From an uncultured virus (IMG/VR IMGVR_UViG_3300042515_002586) (Duplodnaviria > Heunggongvirae > Uroviricota > Caudoviricetes), in the IMG/VR virus record IMGVR_UViG_3300042515_002586: a DNA stretch of 64,000 nucleotides. The stretch is one strand, 5' to 3'. The position numbers and the translations under genes were made by a program. The notes beneath the pieces are model-generated. The model was given only the letters and a program-made list of their open reading frames with translations, had not been told where the DNA came from and searched no databases. This document shows, one piece after another, positions 59,199 to 64,000 of this stretch (positions are counted from its first letter, which is position 1; the number at the start of each line of letters is the position of its first letter).

Positions 59199-60051
59199 AG
59201 AAGTAGGCAAAGTCTGGACACCAGAAACATTAAAAACATATTTACAAACCCAGCCAAAACCTGGCTGGGTAAAAAGTATTACGTTTCACCACACATGGTT
59301 TCCAGCATTAAAAGACAGGCCTAAAGGTTTTACAATTCAACACATTGCTAATATTAAAAGTTTTTATGAAAATGAGAAGCGATGGGATCGAGGTCCTCAC
59401 TTCTTTGTGGATGAAGACCAAATTTTTGGTATGACATCAGTTACTGAAAAAGGTATCCATGCTGCAAGTTTTAACTCATCCAGTATAGGTATTGAAGTAC
59501 TGGGAGATTATGATACAGAAAATCCATCATCAGGAAGGGGTTTAGCTTGCTGGAAAACAGCAACTGAATTGGGTGTTATCTTAGCTGAGTGGCTAGGTTT
59601 ACCTGTTACTACAAAGACTATCCTATTTCATAGAGATGACCCTAAAACAACAAAGTCTTGTCCTGGTAATCGGGTAACAAAAACATTTGTATTGAATCTT
59701 ATGAAAGAGGCTTCAAAACCTAAAGCCCAACCAGAAAAATATGAAAATTGGAATGTAGTAAAATCTAGTTTCCTGAAAAAAACTAAAATTTCTTCAGCAA
59801 GGATGTATGGAGATAAAATTTATGTTCCTTTTAGAGAATTTATTAATAATTTAACAAAAGAAAAATTTGACAGTAAATTCCATTTTGTCTCCTCAGAAGA
59901 GCATTATTATGGCGGTACAGCTATAGAAGATTCATTTATGGATGGGAATATATTATATGTTTGGATTAGAGAAGCATTAAGTTTCACAGATAGCAATTTA
60001 AAAGGAAAATCCTTCCTTGATCGCGCTACTAATTCTGTAATTGTAACTTAG
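59188..60051 (+). CDS. N-acetylmuramoyl-L-alanine amidase (Amidase_2), candidate endolysin
   Basis: FHHT, PHFF, HA..FN..SIGIE and HRD....KSCPG. Confidence 0.9.
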   Translation: MGFKEVGKVWTPETLKTYLQTQPKPGWVKSITFHHTWFPALKDRPKGFTIQHIANIKSFYENEKRWDRGPHFFVDEDQIFGMTSVTEKGIHAASFNSSSIGIEVLGDYDTENPSSGRGLACWKTATELGVILAEWLGLPVTTKTILFHRDDPKTTKSCPGNRVTKTFVLNLMKEASKPKAQPEKYENWNVVKSSFLKKTKISSARMYGDKIYVPFREFINNLTKEKFDSKFHFVSSEEHYYGGTAIEDSFMDGNILYVWIREALSFTDSNLKGKSFLDRATNSVIVT

Positions 60052-60091
60052 TTTCTAGTCCCCTATTTAAGTGGGAAACCAAAGGAAACTT

Positions 60092-61237
60092 ATGAACCCT
60101 AATTTTGACGAAGCAGTTTACGCTGACATTGAGTTATTACTTGATACCTTACCAAATCAAATCTCAGATAGCATTACTGATATTGACACATTAATTGAAA
60201 TTGTTGTTGATTTAGGTAGGTTTGTTGAGTTTAGATATGAAAATGATAGTGCCTATGAGACAGACATCCTTACAGATAGAAAGTTAATTAACGACATACT
60301 TAGTAACCTAAGTAAACCTAATATTGATAATCGTTGTGGTATTGATGGTACCCTTCACCGAATAAGTGTCATTGTTAATAGAAACGAGGATATTATTGGC
60401 TTAACTATTCGTATTGGAAAACCCCACGTTGGAAACGCAAAACTTATTGAAGATTTGTTACATGAAGGAAAGAGCCTATTAATTGTAGGGCCACCAGGCG
60501 TAGGAAAAACGAGTTTGCTAAGAGAAGCTGCAAAGATTCTGTCTGTTGAAATGCAAAAAAGAGTTGTGATTGTTGATACATCAAACGAAATTGCTGGAGA
60601 AGGAGATGTTCCACACTTGGCAGTTGGAAAGAGTAGACGATTGCAAGTACCCCGAAGTAAGAACCAACATGAAGTAATGATCGAAGCTGTTGAAAACCAT
60701 ATGCCACAAGTTATTATTGTTGATGAAGTCTCTACCAATACTGAGAGCCTTGCCGCCCAAACTATATCTCAAAGAGGAGTACAAATCATAGTTACAGCAC
60801 ACGGTAATACAATAGAAGATATTATTAGAAACAAATCAATTTCAGAACTTATTGGTGGTGTAAAAACCGTTACTCTCACAGACGAGATGGCAACAAAGAG
60901 AGGAACTCAAAAAACTATTCAAGAAAGAGAAGGTAATCCTCCTTTTGACTGTATTGTAGAAATTCATTCGCATGATGAAATTGCAATTCACCACAGCACC
61001 ACAGCAGTTGTTGACGCATTTTTGACAGGTAAAAAGATTACCCCAGAAACAAGAAGAATTGTTAATGGTAGGATTCTAAAATTGTCTGAACCTAAAATTG
61101 AAGTCAAAAACGAAGAAACTAATACTTTTGAAATGTTCTCGGAACCAAACAGAGAATCGTTTGAAAGAAGAAGATCTAATAGATTTTCAACTGAAGAATC
61201 TAAAAGCCCCAAGAAAAATTTTAGAAGAAGAAAGTAG
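60092..61237 (+). CDS. Ycf45/SpoIIIAA-like AAA+ ATPase (no obvious R3H domain)
   Basis: DLGR, TLHRIS, GPPGVGKT, VDTSNEIAG.GD.PH, EAVENHMP, DE, TAHG; ATG at 60092 has an AAGGA SD (track start 60071). Confidence 0.88.
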   Translation: MNPNFDEAVYADIELLLDTLPNQISDSITDIDTLIEIVVDLGRFVEFRYENDSAYETDILTDRKLINDILSNLSKPNIDNRCGIDGTLHRISVIVNRNEDIIGLTIRIGKPHVGNAKLIEDLLHEGKSLLIVGPPGVGKTSLLREAAKILSVEMQKRVVIVDTSNEIAGEGDVPHLAVGKSRRLQVPRSKNQHEVMIEAVENHMPQVIIVDEVSTNTESLAAQTISQRGVQIIVTAHGNTIEDIIRNKSISELIGGVKTVTLTDEMATKRGTQKTIQEREGNPPFDCIVEIHSHDEIAIHHSTTAVVDAFLTGKKITPETRRIVNGRILKLSEPKIEVKNEETNTFEMFSEPNRESFERRRSNRFSTEESKSPKKNFRRRK

Positions 61238-61242
61238 TTTTA

Positions 61243-61830
61243 ATGAGAAAAACTAAAGCAAAGAATGAACGGTTTGACCCACTAACAATCCCGCCTTTGA
61301 TTGAAAAAGCAAAGGCGGGGGATATGGAAGCTAGGGACCTACTTTTATATATGTTCCAAAGACTTATAGTTTCTTTGGTAAGCGTATGTTTGACAGGAAA
61401 AATTAATCCTTTTTCTTCTTACCAAAAAGCATTTCTAAGGACCTTTGCAAGTAAATCAACACCATTAGAAAATACAGCTATGATGTTGAAGCATAAGTTA
61501 TCTTGTTATGATAAAGATGAACTATTTACTTTAGGGCAAGTAGCAGTTATGGAAGCCATTATTAGGTGTGAAACCAATTTGGCTTCCACTATTGTTTATT
61601 GCTTTAAAGAACAAATAACTCAAACAATTAAAGACAAAGTTCCTACAACACATACAGATTACGAAACACTAGACCATTCAATAGATTTAGAAGATGATAC
61701 TCTTTTATCTATATTTATAAGCCAACAAACACCAGAACATCAAGAAATAATTGAAAGTGTGTTAGCTGGTGAGAAGGTAAAAATACCTGATAAATTAAAG
61801 TCAATTTTATCTTCTTATTTACGACCTTAG
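61243..61830 (+). CDS. Sigma-factor-like protein
   Basis: LIEKAKAGDMEARDLL...RLIVSL and DKDELF..G..A.MEAI resemble sigma regions 1.2/2; region 4 looks truncated. Confidence 0.6.
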   Translation: MRKTKAKNERFDPLTIPPLIEKAKAGDMEARDLLLYMFQRLIVSLVSVCLTGKINPFSSYQKAFLRTFASKSTPLENTAMMLKHKLSCYDKDELFTLGQVAVMEAIIRCETNLASTIVYCFKEQITQTIKDKVPTTHTDYETLDHSIDLEDDTLLSIFISQQTPEHQEIIESVLAGEKVKIPDKLKSILSSYLRP

Positions 61831-61834
61831 ACTC

Positions 61835-61843
61835 CTCTATTTA
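61835..61843 (+). promoter_or_regulatory. CTCTATTTA motif (candidate late promoter element, possibly leaderless)
   Basis: In a 20-nt gap, 7 nt before the ATG at 61851, with no SD. Confidence 0.5.
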
Positions 61844-61850
61844 CTTTGAC

Positions 61851-62636
61851 ATGTCACTAATTAACGATCCTAACAGTTTTAGAACCCCAACAACACCGGA
61901 CTACCCACAGATTTTGGTTAGCGAAGTTGTTGGACTTAGTAGCCTACTCGCTAATGTGACTGGAGCACTTAGTGATAACGTAAGATTTTTCTCCTCAAGA
62001 GCATTTGGTTTTATGCCTATTGAAAGCACACTAACAACAGGTGTTCTTCCAACCACAGGCTCACAATCTACAGTATACTGTAAAAGAATTTTTAGTCCTA
62101 CGCTTAAACCAATTGATAAGGTAGGTATTCAACACGATGCTACAGCACACTCTGTAACAGGGGGTGTTCAACCTCAAATTAAGTTTGCGTTGTATACATT
62201 AAACGCTCAAGGTTTGCCTAATACAAAAGTTTCGGGAATTGAAAATACTTTTTCTGTTGTGTCTGGTACTGCTTACACAATGTCTGGTACAGGTTGTTTA
62301 ACACCAACTGCACTTCCTTATGTTGGAGATTATGTTATTGCATGGGTTACAAATAGGTTTGCAGCATCTGGTGTAACTTCAGCTGGGACTTTCAGCGCAA
62401 CCCGGCTTCTTAACTTGGGGTCACCAGCTGGTTTTAACGTATACCCAGCAGGTTGGACAAATAGGGGCTTTAATCTTAACGCAGGACTAGCCACTAACAT
62501 GTTTAATACACAAGCTGAATTTGCTGCTTTTAACTTCCCAACTTCTTTTGCATCACTTAACGCTACTGGTTTTACAGAAATACAAGGTGCTGCTTCCCCA
62601 GCAGCTATTGACTGGTTCTGGTCATACTCAGCATGA
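61851..62636 (+). CDS. Virion fibre/decoration-type protein
   Basis: ILVSEVVGLSSLL fibre-repeat-like motif; Thr/Gly/Ala-rich beta domain (KFALYT...GLP). Confidence 0.55.
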   Translation: MSLINDPNSFRTPTTPDYPQILVSEVVGLSSLLANVTGALSDNVRFFSSRAFGFMPIESTLTTGVLPTTGSQSTVYCKRIFSPTLKPIDKVGIQHDATAHSVTGGVQPQIKFALYTLNAQGLPNTKVSGIENTFSVVSGTAYTMSGTGCLTPTALPYVGDYVIAWVTNRFAASGVTSAGTFSATRLLNLGSPAGFNVYPAGWTNRGFNLNAGLATNMFNTQAEFAAFNFPTSFASLNATGFTEIQGAASPAAIDWFWSYSA

Positions 62637-64000
62637 GAACTATAAAAGGAGCAGCTAGAGGTAAAGCTGAGTTCAGTCTTGAACAGCTTGCAAACAATAC
62701 ATCAATTGATATTGGTGTAATAAATACTGATCGTCAAATTGTAATATCAAACAAAAGCAATATTACAATTAAAGGTACTTTAGACTATTCTTATAGTCTA
62801 AATACCTGGACACAGTTAACAGCACAAGACCCAATCTTTTCTAGGATTCCAGCAAGTGTAACTGGACAAGTTTGGGTTACAACTTTAAAGGATGGAGCTA
62901 GTCTCGGGACATACAGTAATGTTGTTCATGGTGGACTTCAAAAAACTCCATTTACTTCAATCCCACCAGCAGAATTAATTATTCAAGACAACATTGCAGA
63001 GTGTGCAAGACAAAATATTTGGGTAGCAAATACAACATCTCCTGGAGATGCTGTTTCTCTTGGTTACAGCAACTCTGAGTTTGATACATTAACTAATGTT
63101 AATGGTATGTGTGTTATTGGTAATGTTGGAGTACTGTATGCAAGTGAATTGAAAACAGTTTCAGCTATTAATACAGGTACGAATGTTTTAACAATCTCAT
63201 CTGTAAGTAATGGTGTAACTAACTTAATATCAAACACAGCTAAATATTACGCATTTAATCTTCCAGAATACCTAACCCAAGCAGGTTATTATTGGATTGA
63301 TAGAATTTCTAGTTTTGGTAACTACGGTAAAGTCTATTATGTTGCTCCTGTAGGGTTTAATCCTAATACTCAAAAAACAGCGTTGACTGGTGGAGAGTTT
63401 GTTGGGTCAGCTATTACTTTTAATAACTGTAATAACGTTAACCTAGAAATTACAATTAGAGGGCTTAGAGGCACAGCTATAACCTGTAATAATTGTACTA
63501 ACTTTACTTTTAATAATTCATACCTTACAGCTATAGGTAATGCTGGTGTTGTATATACTGGTACGGGCTTGAAGGTAACAAACTCAACTATTAACGATAT
63601 TGGAGCACAATCATTCTATATTACAACAACTTCAAGAGAAACATTACTAGATAGTGGTACATTATTTGAAAATGTTAAGTTTTCTGGTAGTGGTAGGTTT
63701 GCTCAAGTTCACGGTGCTGGAATCGTTTTTTATGGTTGTGGTTTAACTGTTAAAACCTGTAGGTTTGAAAACTCTAATGGAGCAGCTTGTTTCTTGTGGG
63801 GTAATGAGTGTAAACTATCCAATTTGTACATAGATAATACAGCAAGAAATAATGCAGACAACGGTACAGTCTATAGTGGACGAGACCCATCTTTCAGAGG
63901 AAACAGTATTTCAAATTCTACAATTAAAAATCACAAAACAACTATGTACTCTGAAAATGCTAAGTATGCAGGTAACGTACTAGCTGGAGTTTATCTGGAT
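62633..64000 (+). CDS. Right-handed beta-helix protein (GH141-like glycosidase / tailspike depolymerase), 3'-truncated, not in the ORF track
   Basis: ATGA-coupled and open to the window end. Translation includes YYAFNLPEYLTQAGYYWIDR, Asn/Cys beta-helix rungs, DNGTVYSGRDPSFRGN and GVYLD. Confidence 0.75.
   Translation, partial: MRTIKGAARGKAEFSLEQLANNTSIDIGVINTDRQIVISNKSNITIKGTLDYSYSLNTWTQLTAQDPIFSRIPASVTGQVWVTTLKDGASLGTYSNVVHGGLQKTPFTSIPPAELIIQDNIAECARQNIWVANTTSPGDAVSLGYSNSEFDTLTNVNGMCVIGNVGVLYASELKTVSAINTGTNVLTISSVSNGVTNLISNTAKYYAFNLPEYLTQAGYYWIDRISSFGNYGKVYYVAPVGFNPNTQKTALTGGEFVGSAITFNNCNNVNLEITIRGLRGTAITCNNCTNFTFNNSYLTAIGNAGVVYTGTGLKVTNSTINDIGAQSFYITTTSRETLLDSGTLFENVKFSGSGRFAQVHGAGIVFYGCGLTVKTCRFENSNGAACFLWGNECKLSNLYIDNTARNNADNGTVYSGRDPSFRGNSISNSTIKNHKTTMYSENAKYAGNVLAGVYLD

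Noticed and set aside
2958..61212. Minus-strand and nested ORFs in the track (e.g. 29880-30410, 27443-27844, 60355-60738)
   Set aside because: All overlap longer + strand genes and show no recognisable motifs, so they are treated as shadow frames
1..64000. Stop-codon reassignment
   Set aside because: The standard code gives near-complete coding density, and TAA, TAG and TGA all end genes that abut the next start
1..64000. SD-less (Bacteroidota-like) translation initiation
   Set aside because: Many starts have GGAG, GAGG or GGGG upstream (e.g. 18255, 34989, 51894, 53133, 55449)

Overview
This window looks like 64 kb of an AT-rich, densely packed large myovirus-like phage genome. Every credible gene is on the + strand, uses the standard code and is often joined by TAATG/ATGA overlaps. 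From 1 to 46847 is a tail/baseplate morphogenesis region. It holds three giant virion-type proteins carrying apparently degenerate nuclease and transglycosylase folds, two different peptidoglycan hydrolases sharing an N-terminal tag, gp25-like and baseplate-J genes, and paralogous baseplate/fibre genes. It is interrupted by non-structural genes: a metallophosphoesterase, a GT4-SEC-C glycosyltransferase, RuvC and GroEL. From 46952 to 61830 is an accessory block with two sigma-like proteins, a tandem double-domain GroES, a RemA/DUF370 homologue, a degenerate dTMP-kinase-like protein, an amino-sugar/glycosyltransferase cluster, an amidase and a Ycf45/SpoIIIAA-like ATPase. The window ends in fibre and beta-helix genes. 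The best leads are (i) a CTCTATTT(A) motif sitting where structural genes resume after each interruption, a candidate phage late promoter; (ii) the phage-encoded glycan pathway; (iii) GroEL with a Cpn20-like tandem GroES; and (iv) the shared tag on the two hydrolases. No capsid, portal, terminase, sheath, tRNA, CRISPR array or mobile element was recognised. All assignments come from reading motifs by eye; no searches were run.
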